Positions 20,356 through 30,902 of a stretch of 64,000 nt of DNA are shown in pieces. Numbering within the stretch: position 1 is the stretch's first letter; the number at the start of each line of letters is the position of its first letter. The notes under the pieces were generated by a model. The model did not search any database. It had not been told where the DNA came from and saw only the letters and a list, made by a program, of their open reading frames with translations. Source of the stretch: Pelagomonas calceolata (lineage: Eukaryota); assembly GCA_918797485.1 (NCBI GenBank), contig CAKKNE010000003.1:1302001-1366000 (forward strand). Reading direction: 5' to 3'. Made by a program: the position numbers and the translations under genes.

Positions 20356-21574
20356 CTACTTCTTCCCCTTCATTTTGTCCTCGATCGCCTTGATCCGCCG
20401 TTGCACCGCTGACATCCCCTTCGTGGATTCGTCGTCGAGGGCGTTCGCCAGCGCCGTGCTGCGCGTCGAGAGCTGGACGTCCAGCTTTCGCGCGGGAGGC
20501 TTCGCCGCGGCGGGCGGCGGGACCGGGGCCGGCGCCGCAGCTGGCGGCGGAACGGGCGGCGCGCTCGACGCCTTCTTGTGCGCCGCGAGCGCGGTCGCGA
20601 CAGCCGCCACAGCGGCCTCGATGGCCGAATTCAATTCCTCGCACGCGTCGCGCTCCGCGGACTTGCGCGCCACCGAGTTCGCGGTCGCGGCCTGCGCGGC
20701 CAGGCCGTAGGCCGACCGCGCCGCGTCGACGGCGGCCCGCGCCGCGTCGAGGGGCGCGCCCGCGGCGCAGGCCTCGAGGGCCGCCGTCGCGGCATTTTTG
20801 GTTGAGGCCGCCGTGGCGTCGGCCTCGCTATCCCTAGGATCGAAGTTGCCCCGGAGCCTATCTAATTTCCGCATGAAGCGCATCGCCGTCCGGCAGGCCT
20901 TGTCCGCCGCGGCGACCTCGGGCAGCTCTTCGGGGTCGAAGGGTCTATCTACGGTGCCCTCCTCCTTGCCCTGGTTCTTGATCGCGTTGAGCGGCGCGAC
21001 CTGCGCACAAATCAAACAGTGAGTCGGGTGCTCCGTGATATATCTGAATCGAGTGGCGTAAGACCACACCACCACGCCATCGAGCTGGCGTCGCGTCGAT
21101 GGCGTGAAGGTCATGATTCAGCAGTGGCCGAGACGCGCCGCGACAATTTGATTTATATGCACTGCGCGCCACGGCTTTGGTGTTGAGGCGTTCCTTGAAC
21201 GCCTGGAAGTCCTTCTCGATGTTCGAGGGCCGGCCCGCCCTTTTGGGCGAGAAGTTGTGGGCCATGCACGCGTTCTCAAGCTCCTTTTTCAGCGCGGCGA
21301 TGACCGCGGGGTCAACCTTGCTCGGCGCGGCCTCGCGTCCCTCGACAGCCTCGAGCCGCGTCAGCAGCTCCGCGAGGCGCGTCTTGGCGGCTTGCCCGCT
21401 GGTCGTCGGCGGAGTCCACGCATCGATGGCGGCCCGCAGGTCTCCGCCGCCGTCCGCGAGTTTGCCTTCGACGATTGCTAGGCGCTCCAGCAGCGCGATC
21501 AAGCGCGGCTCGCCGGTGGCCGCCACGGCTGCCTTCAGCTCATCGGCCTCGGAGACTTCGGTGAGGGCACTCAT
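20356..21574 (-). CDS. Hypothetical Ala-rich coiled-coil protein; exons 21574-21173 and 21000-20356
   Basis: Two ORFs join in frame (NTKA|VAPLNAIK) across an introner. Confidence 0.7.
21001..21172 (-). mobile_element. Introner intron, subfamily B (172 nt)
   Basis: Ends CTGCGCACAAATCAA and TTGATTTATATGCACTG; TSD GTGGCGCG/GTCGCGCC; internal CACGCCATCGA..TCGATGGCGTG hairpin shared with subfamily A. Confidence 0.88.
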
Positions 21575-21666
21575 TTGACACCGCGGGGCAGCGCCGTCGA
21601 ATGAATTTGCGAGCAGCGCACTTCGTTCACCGCGGGGCAGCCCCACAGCAAAAATCTGCTCTGTTT

Positions 21667-21690
21667 CTAGTGTGTATTACTGACGCTAGC
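21667..21690 (+). promoter_or_regulatory. CTAG-box intergenic motif
   Basis: CTAGTGTGTATTACTGACGCTAGC in a divergent spacer. Confidence 0.6.
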
Positions 21691-21736
21691 TCTGCCCATC
21701 TCCAAAGCCGTCGATTCGCCGTCATTTGTCGCATTC

Positions 21737-22048
21737 ATGCAATTTTCAGTCTTCATAGCTATTTTGGCATCGGTACGGTCACTATCAGGGTCTCCAACGC
21801 GCCGCAAGCTCCTGCTTGGTAGTAGTGCTGGGGCTGCAGTCGCACTGCCAGCGCTTGCCGAGGACGACGAGGCCGCCCGCGCAGCAGCATTGCAAGCCAA
21901 GCTGGCGGAGCGCCGGAAATTGATGGAACTATCGCGCAGTTCGAATGATAGACAACGCTACTTCGACCTGAGTCGCCAACGCGCCAGTGCGGTCTACAAC
22001 ACGACATATCGGGGTGCGTCATGCGTGCCGGGATTGCCTTGTATCTAG
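21737..22048 (+). CDS. Small predicted thylakoid-lumen protein
   Basis: Signal peptide, then a twin-arginine TRRKLLLG..ALPALA leader; C-terminal CVPGLPCI. Confidence 0.6.
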   Translation: MQFSVFIAILASVRSLSGSPTRRKLLLGSSAGAAVALPALAEDDEAARAAALQAKLAERRKLMELSRSSNDRQRYFDLSRQRASAVYNTTYRGASCVPGLPCI

Positions 22049-22761
22049 CAGTCGGGCTGGCCAGTGCGGACCGCCTCCTCGAAGCGACCGTACGCGAGGC
22101 AGCGATGAGCAGCCCCGAGTGGTGGGAGGCGCACCATCAACTGGCCAAGCTGCAGCCCGGGACGAGCTGGTTCGGCCCCATCGGCCGCGCGATCGCCCAG
22201 GACATCGCGAAGAACTACACTCGAAGCTGCGCGCTCGGCGACGCCGTGGTGCTCGGCAGCGGCTTTTCGAAGACGCCTTATTGGTTGGCGCGCACCGGAG
22301 CGTTCCGACGCGTCTACGGGATTGATAGCTCAATTTCGGCCGTGAGGGCGATGAGCCGCTACGCGAAAGCGCTCGACCACGGCGGTCGCGGATGGGACAT
22401 CGTTCGGTACGTGAGAGCGGATTTGACGCGACCGGGACAATTCCGAAGGGACGCGTCGCTTGTGCTGGACGAAGGAGTCCTAGATGTCCTCCAGGCGGGC
22501 CCGGGCATCGATCCCGCGGCGCGTTCCGCCGCGAGACAAGTGATGGAAATATATCTCGAGCGCGCCTCCGCACTCATTAGGCCAGGAGGAATTTTTGTGG
22601 TTGTCGGATACGCGGGCAATCCGGCGGTCGTCAACCAAACTACCTTGGAGCTCTCCTGCTGGACGCGGGGCGGCGGATTTCTCGGCCTCGACGCGCTGGG
22701 CGCCGACCCGCGCCGCGCCTGCTCGCCGTGGGGGCCCGGTGCATACGTCCTCACGCGATGA
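22021..22761 (+). CDS. Class I SAM methyltransferase (EEF1AKMT4/METTL13-N-like); start 22021 or 22105
   Basis: EWWEAHH..SWF, VVLGSGFS, VYGIDSS, ADLT, LVLDEGVLDVL, IRPGGIFVVV. Confidence 0.7.
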   Translation: MRAGIALYLAVGLASADRLLEATVREAAMSSPEWWEAHHQLAKLQPGTSWFGPIGRAIAQDIAKNYTRSCALGDAVVLGSGFSKTPYWLARTGAFRRVYGIDSSISAVRAMSRYAKALDHGGRGWDIVRYVRADLTRPGQFRRDASLVLDEGVLDVLQAGPGIDPAARSAARQVMEIYLERASALIRPGGIFVVVGYAGNPAVVNQTTLELSCWTRGGGFLGLDALGADPRRACSPWGPGAYVLTR

Positions 22762-22853
22762 CGGCGTCTTGAACTCTCTGGTTCGCGCCGCGAAGTGCGC
22801 CGAGCCTGTCCTCCGAAGAGCTGTGTGTAAGAAGTGTACAACAAACATATGTA

Positions 22854-24242
22854 TTACACAGCCCTCCCGTGCAGCGCCAGCCGCGGCTGCAGGAACCGGT
22901 CCCCGCACAGCGCGCTCACCGCTTCAAGAGAGAGGTGCTGGTGCGCCGCGTCGTGGTGGAGGTCGTTGAAGTAGAGGAAGCTCCCGTCCACGCGGACGAA
23001 GACGACGTAGTGCCGCGTCGAGTGGTGGTAGCAGATCAGCGACGAGAGCGCGTAGCCGTCCGGCGCCTCGCCGCAGGCAAGCACCAACGCGCGCACGGAG
23101 GGCACGTCCAAGGGCGGCCACGGGAGGTCGAAGGCGACGAGCGTGCCTCCCTCCAGATCGAAGACCGGCCCGAGCTCGCTCCAGACGTCCGCGAACGCCG
23201 GCGCCTGCTTGGAAGCCATCAACGGCGCATACCTCAACCCCGCCCCGCACTCCCTCATGGCCGGCGAGTCGCTCACATCCAAGGCCGACCGCAGCGCGCA
23301 GTAGGCCTCGGAGGCGTCGCCGTAGCCGTTGGCCGGGTCCGCGACGTCCCCAAACGCCTCGGCGAGCGCGTCCGCCTTCAAAATGCCTTCATTTTGATGG
23401 AAGGCGGCCCAGCAGCGTCTCAATGCATCAACCTTCGCGGCCGGCGACCGCGGCGGCGGCGGCTTTGTCGCCTCCCGCGTCTCGGTCGTCGCGAGCGCCG
23501 CGTCGAAGGCGGCGCGGAAGCCGGGGTCGTGCCAGAGCGCTTGAGCTAAAGCAGACAACCAGCAGGTCCGCGCGCGCGCGTTCGCGAAGCCCCGGGGGAA
23601 GCCTGGCGGCGTCTCCCTACATGCTTTTGGTCTTCCCGGCGCCGTGCCGTCCTCGAAGGCGCGGTCTATTTGTTCTTCAGAGAAGCCCGCGACGCCCGCG
23701 AGCTGGCGCCGCGTCGCCTCCAGCCTAAATCCCAGGCGCACGCGCGTGGCGCCGGTCGCCGCCTCGAAGGCCACCTTCCGCGCCTGTAATAATGATGCGA
23801 CGGCGGCGCCGTCCTTATCATCGGCGGCGGCGGGCGCCGGCGCGGCGGCGTCATCATCATCTCCGCCGTCGGTCCCGGGACTCGCGGGCGGCGCCGGCGG
23901 CGCGACGTCCTCCTCCAGCACGCGCGGCCGCAGGCGGGCCGGCCTCGCGCAGGCCACGAGCCGCAGCCGCCGTTCGCCTCGATCGCGCCGCCGCGCGTAG
24001 CACGGCGGCTCGCGCCGGACCTCGAGCCAGCCGCCGACCTCCGCGGGCACCGCGCGGAAGCGCTCGCCCTCGCTCACGACGCCTATGACCTCACTCGCGA
24101 GGTCCGGCTTCTCGCGCAGGCGCCAGCTCCCGTAGACAGACCCCCGGGGCAGCCAGTAGTCGGCCTCGGCCTCGTCGAGGTCCGAGTCGCTGTCGTCCTG
24201 GTGCGCGACGGCGGCCGCGGGTCGGTTTAGGCAGAGGCCCAT
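22854..24242 (-). CDS. USP/C19-like cysteine peptidase with N-terminal acylation motif and SH3b-like domain
   Basis: MGLC start; LREKPDLASEVIGVVSEGERF..GWLEV; Cys box GFANARARTCWLSALAQALWH; His box YALSSLICYH..HYVVF..FND. Confidence 0.7.
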   Translation of the reverse strand: MGLCLNRPAAAVAHQDDSDSDLDEAEADYWLPRGSVYGSWRLREKPDLASEVIGVVSEGERFRAVPAEVGGWLEVRREPPCYARRRDRGERRLRLVACARPARLRPRVLEEDVAPPAPPASPGTDGGDDDDAAAPAPAAADDKDGAAVASLLQARKVAFEAATGATRVRLGFRLEATRRQLAGVAGFSEEQIDRAFEDGTAPGRPKACRETPPGFPRGFANARARTCWLSALAQALWHDPGFRAAFDAALATTETREATKPPPPRSPAAKVDALRRCWAAFHQNEGILKADALAEAFGDVADPANGYGDASEAYCALRSALDVSDSPAMRECGAGLRYAPLMASKQAPAFADVWSELGPVFDLEGGTLVAFDLPWPPLDVPSVRALVLACGEAPDGYALSSLICYHHSTRHYVVFVRVDGSFLYFNDLHHDAAHQHLSLEAVSALCGDRFLQPRLALHGRAV

Positions 24243-24519
24243 GAGTTAGCCGTGCCCAAGTCCTGGTGCGAGGCTGCCCTTTGATGAAGGTACTCCTCCC
24301 CTCGCCTTGGATAGAGCACTGCCTTTTCACTGCCTTCGTATGCACGGCGCTGCCGGTGTCCAATAAAAAGTTGGCAGGCTGCCCGCTCATCCCCCTACTC
24401 CCGAGTCCCGACGAACGAGACGAACGAGAGGCCTCACGAGCACCCACCCGTCCGGCGCCGACGCGTCGCAGTACCGATGGAACGATCCGACACAGACCCA
24501 AGAACTTACGCGCGCGCCC

Positions 24520-24975
24520 TCACCCGCCCTCGGCCGCGAGCGCCTCCTCGGCCCAGGCCGGCAGCTTCAGCCCCGCCTCCTTGGCGCGGACGATGTCCTC
24601 GTGCGTCGGCTGCTCGAACTCCGGTTCGAACGGCTTACTGCTCTTCCCGCGGAACTCCTGGAGCACGATCTTCTGGCCGCAGGCCATGCAGACCGGCCCG
24701 CCCACGAGCTCCATGACGTACTTCGGGGCGTCGACCTTGTTCGTGCATCCCTGCACGACGCACTCCTCGCCCAACAATCGATACGTCTGCGTCATCGTTT
24801 CTTTGAGCTCGGCGTAGGGCGCGAGGCGGCCCTGGCCGTCCCAGCCCTGGCACTGGGTCACTTTGGGGCCTCGTAGGGCTTCCTTCAGCGCCTCGTCGAG
24901 CTCCGGGACGGCGCGAGGTGCCAAACCATTCTCTCGGATGTATTTTTGGGCCTCAGTCTCCACCGCGGCGGCCAT
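24520..24975 (-). CDS. Small hypothetical protein with Cys pairs
   Basis: ORF from Met 24975 with coding-like codon use; CVVQGC..CMAC. Confidence 0.55.
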   Translation of the reverse strand: MAAAVETEAQKYIRENGLAPRAVPELDEALKEALRGPKVTQCQGWDGQGRLAPYAELKETMTQTYRLLGEECVVQGCTNKVDAPKYVMELVGGPVCMACGQKIVLQEFRGKSSKPFEPEFEQPTHEDIVRAKEAGLKLPAWAEEALAAEGG

Positions 24976-25475
24976 TGTGCGGCGTGGGGCTGCTTCAGAT
25001 CGTGCGTACGCGGTCGCTGGCGCCGCGTCCGGTCGCTGCGTGCAAATGAGTCCGCGTTCAGCGCGAAATGCCAGCCACAAGTGGACTAAACCGAGGACGT
25101 GCGGGTTCCCTTGCTACGATTGCTGCGATTGCTAAAGACGTCAACCGCATCGTCCCCGGGCACGGCGGGCAGCCAGACAGGGCTAAAGCCCCTTTCAGAA
25201 CCGTGCTAGAGTGTCGACACACGCTACATAATCTCAACTGCTTGGCCGGCCGCGCGTCCTGACAGCCGAGTACATACGTGTCTGCTTACCGATACTATAC
25301 CGAGACACAATCCTCTCGGCCAAGTGTCGCTCGCCCGACAAAAAGTACAACCGCAAGAGCGACAGCAGCCTAAAAACGAAGGCCCAGTGGCAGGCGAAAC
25401 AATTGGAATTCGTCGCCGCGTCGCGCGCGAACGCAGCGTTGAAACGCAGCCTCGAAACGCACAAATCGAGAAAAA

Positions 25476-27656
25476 ATGGTCCTAGAACGCGACCCCGACA
25501 TGATGTCCCTCACGGACGACGAGCAGGACGTCGCGAGCCGCCTGCCGACGCCGCAGAAGGCGCCGCGCGCTCCGGTGGATGAGAACCTCTCGCCCACGGC
25601 CCTCGAGGCCATCAAGGCCGCGGAGCAGCGGCGCCGGCCGCGGCGGCCGCCGCCGCCCATGCCGCGGACGACGCCGCCGGGCGCGCGGCCGCCGACGCAC
25701 CGCGCGCACCGCGCGCCCGTCACGTCGGGGTCCCTCGACGACGACGAGAGCTCCGAGAGTTCCATGACCGAGGACCCGCGCGAGAACAACGACGACGAGC
25801 GCCGCGCGAGCGAGTCGCACGACGCGCCGTCCGAGGTCTGGACGCCCGTCGGGCCCCTCGCCACGGCGCTCGGTTCGAAGCCGTCTTCCGGGAGTCCGCG
25901 CGCGGGCTCGCCGCGGCCCTCTCTCCTAGATCGGGCGCGGCGCATCTCGCCGCCGCCCTCGCGGTCGCAGAGCCCGCCGACGGCGCCTCCAGCAAAAGAG
26001 TGGCCGCCCGAGAAGCCTCTCACGAAACCTCCTGTCGTGACGTCGAGCGACGCGACGCGGCCGAGCCCGGCCTCGTCCCTGGATTCCGAGCCGTTAAAAA
26101 GGAGGAGCCCCGGGTCGCCGCAGGGGTGGAGAAGGCGGCGGTCGCAGCTCCACGCCGACGCGCGCGTGAAGGCCCTTGAGGAGGAGGCCTCGGCGACGCG
26201 GCGGCGGCACCGGGAAGATTTGCAGAGCATCCGCGAGGCGAGGGAAAGAGCGGCGTCCGATCTCAAGGAGACCAAAGCTCGATTAGAAGCGGGCCGCGAC
26301 CGCGCGAAGAAGGCCGCGGCGCGTTTACTGGCGCGCCTGCCCGCGAAGCGGTCGACGCGGGGGGCCTTCTCGCGCTGGCGCGGCCGGCCGGCGCCGTCGC
26401 CGGGCCGCGCGCGCCGCGAGAAGGCCCTCGGGCTGGTGCGCGGCCTCGCCTCGCTGGCCGTCCTCATGGTCATGGTCGCGGGCGCCTATCAAACAGCGAG
26501 CGACCTCGGCTACTTTTTAGGGGAAGCGCCCACCTCAAAAAACTGCCGCCAGCTCGCGGGGAGCGCTTCGTTCAGTTCGTCGGAGGACGCCGCGCTCTGG
26601 CGGCCGTCGGAAGCTGTGGTCACGGCCGGCGGCCTGCGGTCGGCCTTCTACGAGGGCGGTAATGATGAAGGAGCGTTGTTTGCGGTGACGCTCGCGGACG
26701 AGACGTCGACCTTCGTCCAGTCGCTCCAATATATTGGACTGGTGCCGACCTACGACGTCGAGCCGCGCGCGCGGCGGTTGGTGGTGGAGGACTGGCCGTC
26801 GGACAAGAAGTTCCGGCCCCACGGGATTTACGTGCGCAAGCCGCAGATTTTTGTCGTGAACCACGGCGTCGAGCAAGGGAGCTCGCTGGAAGTTTTTGAA
26901 GGTATTGATAATGGGACGTTGGTGGGGGCGAAGTGGTTGAGAAGCGTCGAGCACCCATTCATCAATGGCCACGGCCTGCCTAATTCGGTCGTGGCCGTTG
27001 CCAGTGATGAGGTCTACGTGACGACCTGGCGTTACTGGTCACTGCCGGTCCGGGGCGTCGCGCGCGCGTCAATCCTCGAGCGCCTCCAGCTCTCGCTCCA
27101 GTTCGCCGCGAGCGTGCTGCGCCTGCCCGTGACGCGCGTCTACCGCTGCGTCTTTAACGACGAGGCGACGTCGTGCTCGCCGGTGGGGGCGCGCCACGCC
27201 ATGGCGAACGGCATCGCGCTCCGCGGCAATATGATTTACGTGGTGGACGTGCTGCGCTTTTCGGTCACGGTCTACGAGCGGCGGCGCGACGGCTCGCTCG
27301 TGGTCAACGACACCATATCATTGCCGCACGCGGCGGACAACGTGTATGCGCTATCTGATGGGTCTTTATTGTTGGGTTCGATGCCGAAATTACACCAGTG
27401 CCTCGACCCGCTCGCGCAAAAGCCGCCCGTCGCCGGCGCGCTGACGCTCGCCGTGCCTCGGCCGCCGTCTCCGAAGGACGACCGCGCCGTCGGCGTGCGA
27501 GGCTATGGTGATTCGCGCTGGACTTTTAGGGATATCGTGCGCACGGACGGCGGCCAGGTCTCGGGCGGCGCGCTCGTCGGGACGCGCGCGCTCGTCGGGT
27601 CGCCGTGGGACCGCGGGGCGCTGCTCTGCGAGCTGCTGGGGCCGGATGAAGTCTAA
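25476..27656 (+). CDS. Membrane-anchored paraoxonase/arylesterase-like beta-propeller protein
   Basis: KNC..SEDA, FRPHGI, IFVVNH, PNSVVAV, ANGIAL, ADNV; preceded by a low-complexity region, coiled coil and TM helix. Confidence 0.8.
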   Translation: MVLERDPDMMSLTDDEQDVASRLPTPQKAPRAPVDENLSPTALEAIKAAEQRRRPRRPPPPMPRTTPPGARPPTHRAHRAPVTSGSLDDDESSESSMTEDPRENNDDERRASESHDAPSEVWTPVGPLATALGSKPSSGSPRAGSPRPSLLDRARRISPPPSRSQSPPTAPPAKEWPPEKPLTKPPVVTSSDATRPSPASSLDSEPLKRRSPGSPQGWRRRRSQLHADARVKALEEEASATRRRHREDLQSIREARERAASDLKETKARLEAGRDRAKKAAARLLARLPAKRSTRGAFSRWRGRPAPSPGRARREKALGLVRGLASLAVLMVMVAGAYQTASDLGYFLGEAPTSKNCRQLAGSASFSSSEDAALWRPSEAVVTAGGLRSAFYEGGNDEGALFAVTLADETSTFVQSLQYIGLVPTYDVEPRARRLVVEDWPSDKKFRPHGIYVRKPQIFVVNHGVEQGSSLEVFEGIDNGTLVGAKWLRSVEHPFINGHGLPNSVVAVASDEVYVTTWRYWSLPVRGVARASILERLQLSLQFAASVLRLPVTRVYRCVFNDEATSCSPVGARHAMANGIALRGNMIYVVDVLRFSVTVYERRRDGSLVVNDTISLPHAADNVYALSDGSLLLGSMPKLHQCLDPLAQKPPVAGALTLAVPRPPSPKDDRAVGVRGYGDSRWTFRDIVRTDGGQVSGGALVGTRALVGSPWDRGALLCELLGPDEV

Positions 27657-27817
27657 ATCACATATAGTTACACTAACGGGACAGCTGCTGCCTCCGCAGC
27701 CCGCGCTTGAAGTCCTCGACCGGTTCCCGGGGCATCTACTCGATCTCTTTGGGAGCCCTGCCCCCCGGCTACGTCGTCGCCGAAAGCCGTGGTGCGCAAT
27801 CGGTCGCGCCGCCGATG

Positions 27818-27841
27818 GCTAGTGTCTTTACAGGCCGCTAG
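27818..27841 (+). promoter_or_regulatory. CTAG-box intergenic motif
   Basis: GCTAGTGTCTTTACAGGCCGCTAG; no confidently called gene start nearby. Confidence 0.7.
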
Positions 27842-28860
27842 GTCAGCTGACAGACCAAAGACGCGTCCCTCACCCGCCGTTCGATAGTAGGTCGGAAGCT
27901 CATAAGGCGAGTACCGATCACCACTCCCCCGAAACTTCAAGCGCGCGCGGCCGCCGAGCAGAAAACTCACCACTTGAGCTTGGTCGACCAGTGTAGATAC
28001 ACCCCAAATAACCCCCGCGCGCGCACCTCACAAAATCGCCACGGCCAGAAAACGCGCGGCGCCGATCGCCTCGAGCGCGCGGTCGCCGACGCCGCGCGCG
28101 CGCACCGCGTCGCGCCCCGCACGGACGTCGCCGCGCTCGCATCCCAAGTTCCATGACATCGGAGGATCATCAATGCCATATGTAGATGACTTCTCTTCGG
28201 CAGAACGCCGTGTCCGTGGACCTGGCGATCGAGGGAAACGCTATTCGCGCGGCGAAGCCCGTCGCAATGTTGAATACCGCCGCCGGGTGAAGGTCGACTA
28301 CCAACTACCTGATGCGGATGTCCCTGACACGTTATTTTGGATGCCGCAGCAAATTCAAGTGCCACAATCAGTACGTGAGAAACCCATGACATATTTACGC
28401 ACACGCCGATAAGAACACTCTGGCAACATCGCGAAATGCGCCGCGACGACCCCCACAAATCGCCGTGCATCCGCCACCGGAGAGATACGCATAGCGGGCG
28501 CGTAGCGCTTCGACGCCATCGAAAAAAACGTTCATCGGACTGTACGAACGCTAGCTCGATTGTCTGTGAACGCGCGGAGGCGTTGGAAGGCCCCCACAAT
28601 TTCATTCGTTTCGCGTCGAAGCCTGCCAAATGCGTCGGAGGCCCCGTACCAGCAGCCCGACCGGCCCAGCGCGTTGACAGTTGACGACTTGCCGATGGTG
28701 TGCGATACAAGACATACAGGGCGTCCATGCGACCAGAGCGTCCTGTGCTGCCGGCGGCGCGCGGCGGCGGCGAGTTATATCGCGCCCCGCCACCGAGCTG
28801 TCTCGGCCGTAGTATATAATTTACATCTTACACAACTCCCGCCCGGAGAGACGCGCGCGC

Positions 28861-29823
28861 CTAGGAGAGTCCGTAGAGCGCGTCGAGGTCCTCGTCCTCG
28901 AGCCGCTCGCGGTCCTCGTCTGTCGCGCCGTCGGGCAGAGGCGGCGCCGCGACGACCGCTAAGCCGAACTCCGCGCACCGAATCACGCAGTCGATCTCCC
29001 GCCTCTCCTTGTCCGCGACCGCGTCCGCCGCCATCTCCGCGCGCTCCTCCTCCTTCTTCTTGGCATCGCCTACAACGTCGTCATTTTTCCCACAGGTATT
29101 CGTAGAATGCGGCGCATGCCACCCGCGCACGACCTTGTTCGTGGCCGTCGCGCACCGCAACTCATCCGTCACGTACCGCACCTCGAAGCCCCGCCTCTCT
29201 GCGTACATGCTCTTGGGGTCCGAGAGCCGTTTGAGCGCCTCCTGGATCTGCTGAAGGCTCGGACCGGACTCTCCCCAAGGGCCCTTGTCCTTAGACATTT
29301 TCGTTGGATTGTCGTAGCGGAGCCACTCGCCGTCGCCGTCGCCCTTGACGGACCGGATGTCGACGCTGCCCTCGACGTAGCCCTCCTCTTCCTTCTTCTT
29401 CGGCGGCGCGCCCGCGACGACGAACGCGGCGGCGGACACGCTCGCCAGGTGCTTCGTGAGGGCGCCGCGCACCTTGGCAGCGTTGAGCTTTTTTGGCTGC
29501 TGCTTGGAGGGTAAAGTTGCAAGTATAGCTTTCACGACCGGTATCGCAATGTGATTGTAACCCTTGTTCTCCTTGGCGACTCGCTCCACGAGTTCGGCCG
29601 CGTTCTCTCTTTCTTGTGGCTCCCACCCGCTGGCGTGTTTGTCGGCGTGCTTTCGGAACGCTTTTGCGGCTTCCTTGGCTTGTTCGGTGAGCTCGGCCGT
29701 CGGCGCCTCGGCCGGCGCCGCGCCGCGCGGCTTCTTGGACGCGTCCTGCGCGTTGGCGCCGCCGGCGTTCTCGTCGCCCAGCGGTCTCTTCTGCGGATTC
29801 GCGGCCATAACTACCTCCGCCAT
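28861..29823 (-). CDS. Hypothetical protein
   Basis: 320-aa ORF with coding-like composition; its C-terminus is shared with the next gene. Confidence 0.65.
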   Translation of the reverse strand: MAEVVMAANPQKRPLGDENAGGANAQDASKKPRGAAPAEAPTAELTEQAKEAAKAFRKHADKHASGWEPQERENAAELVERVAKENKGYNHIAIPVVKAILATLPSKQQPKKLNAAKVRGALTKHLASVSAAAFVVAGAPPKKKEEEGYVEGSVDIRSVKGDGDGEWLRYDNPTKMSKDKGPWGESGPSLQQIQEALKRLSDPKSMYAERRGFEVRYVTDELRCATATNKVVRGWHAPHSTNTCGKNDDVVGDAKKKEEERAEMAADAVADKERREIDCVIRCAEFGLAVVAAPPLPDGATDEDRERLEDEDLDALYGLS

Positions 29824-30110
29824 CTTCGACGTAGAAGCGCGCGGCGTCTTAGGCTAATGAGGTGAGAGCTGGGTGATCGGGCGCTACCTTCTTGCGTGCG
29901 CGCGTGCCTCCGGCACTCGCGCGGGCGCAGAAGTGGCGCTGCGCGCAGCAGGCAGTTGATTGGCAGTGCGCGGCCGCCCGCGCAACGTTTAGACTCGTTC
30001 CAAGCGGCGCGCGGTGCGTCGCGGTCGGTCTGCGCTGCTGTGAGGACGGGCGCGTGTCAATGCGCGCCTGTACGGCAAACAGGAGGGCAACGCGTTCCAG
30101 GGCTGAGTTT

Positions 30111-30132
30111 GCTAGTGCCTTAGTACGCTAGC
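30111..30132 (+). promoter_or_regulatory. CTAG-box intergenic motif
   Basis: GCTAGTGCCTTAGTACGCTAGC. Confidence 0.6.
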
Positions 30133-30284
30133 TCTTGCATGCGCATCGCTCGATGTCGAGTATCGTGGTTCCTGTAGTCGTCGTCCGTCGTCGTGTCGTC
30201 GTCGCCGTGGGGACTGGTGTTGGTAGAAGAAGAGTACACAAGTCACTTACACAAACCCACCCCAGGCGAGGGGCGGTCGCGCGC

Positions 30285-30767
30285 CTAGACTCCGTAGAGC
30301 GCGTCGAGGTCCTCGTCCTCGAGCCGCTCGCGGTCCGCTTCGGTCGCGCCCTCGGGCAGAGGTGGCGCCGCGACTACCGGTAGTTCAAGCATCGCGCACT
30401 CAGCCACGTACTCGGCCTCCTCCTTCTCCCTCAATAATCGCGCCTCGCGTTCCGCCTCGCGTATATCTACGGCTGCCGCGGGCGGCGGGGCGAGGTCGCG
30501 CTGGACCCACAGGCCACGCGCGACGACGTCGTCCTCTTCACCCTGGGGCGTCACGAGCTGCATCTCGGCGCGGAGCTGGCGCTGCTTTTGCGGCGTCCGC
30601 TTGCTATCTACGCGCTTCAAGCTGCTGCCGTCCTCCGGGGTGATAACTCGCTTGGGCGCCCTGTCCTTCGCGGTTGGCGACACGGACATGCTGCGGTGCA
30701 GCTGAGCAGCCGCACCATCCACGGCGTCGGGCGTGCCCGCGGGCCGGTTCTGCGTATCGTCCGCCAT
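30285..30767 (-). CDS. Hypothetical protein
   Basis: ORF from Met 30767; C-terminal VVAAPPLPEGATEADRERLEDEDLDALYG is shared with 28861-29823. Confidence 0.6.
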   Translation of the reverse strand: MADDTQNRPAGTPDAVDGAAAQLHRSMSVSPTAKDRAPKRVITPEDGSSLKRVDSKRTPQKQRQLRAEMQLVTPQGEEDDVVARGLWVQRDLAPPPAAAVDIREAEREARLLREKEEAEYVAECAMLELPVVAAPPLPEGATEADRERLEDEDLDALYGV

Positions 30768-30865
30768 GCGAGCAGTGTCGCTGGCAACAGCGCCGGCACA
30801 AATCGCCTCGCGCCGAGCAATTGGACTAGCCGGCTTGCAGAGGTGCGCTTGCTTGCCAGGCATCC

Positions 30866-30888
30866 CTAGTGTCTTACGTGCCGCTAGC
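30866..30888 (+). promoter_or_regulatory. CTAG-box intergenic motif
   Basis: CTAGTGTCTTACGTGCCGCTAGC. Confidence 0.72.
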
Positions 30889-30902
30889 AAAAACAACAAT
30901 AC

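Noticed and set aside
28173..28412. 79-aa ORF as a gene
   Set aside because: No recognisable motif and weak coding signature; not called.
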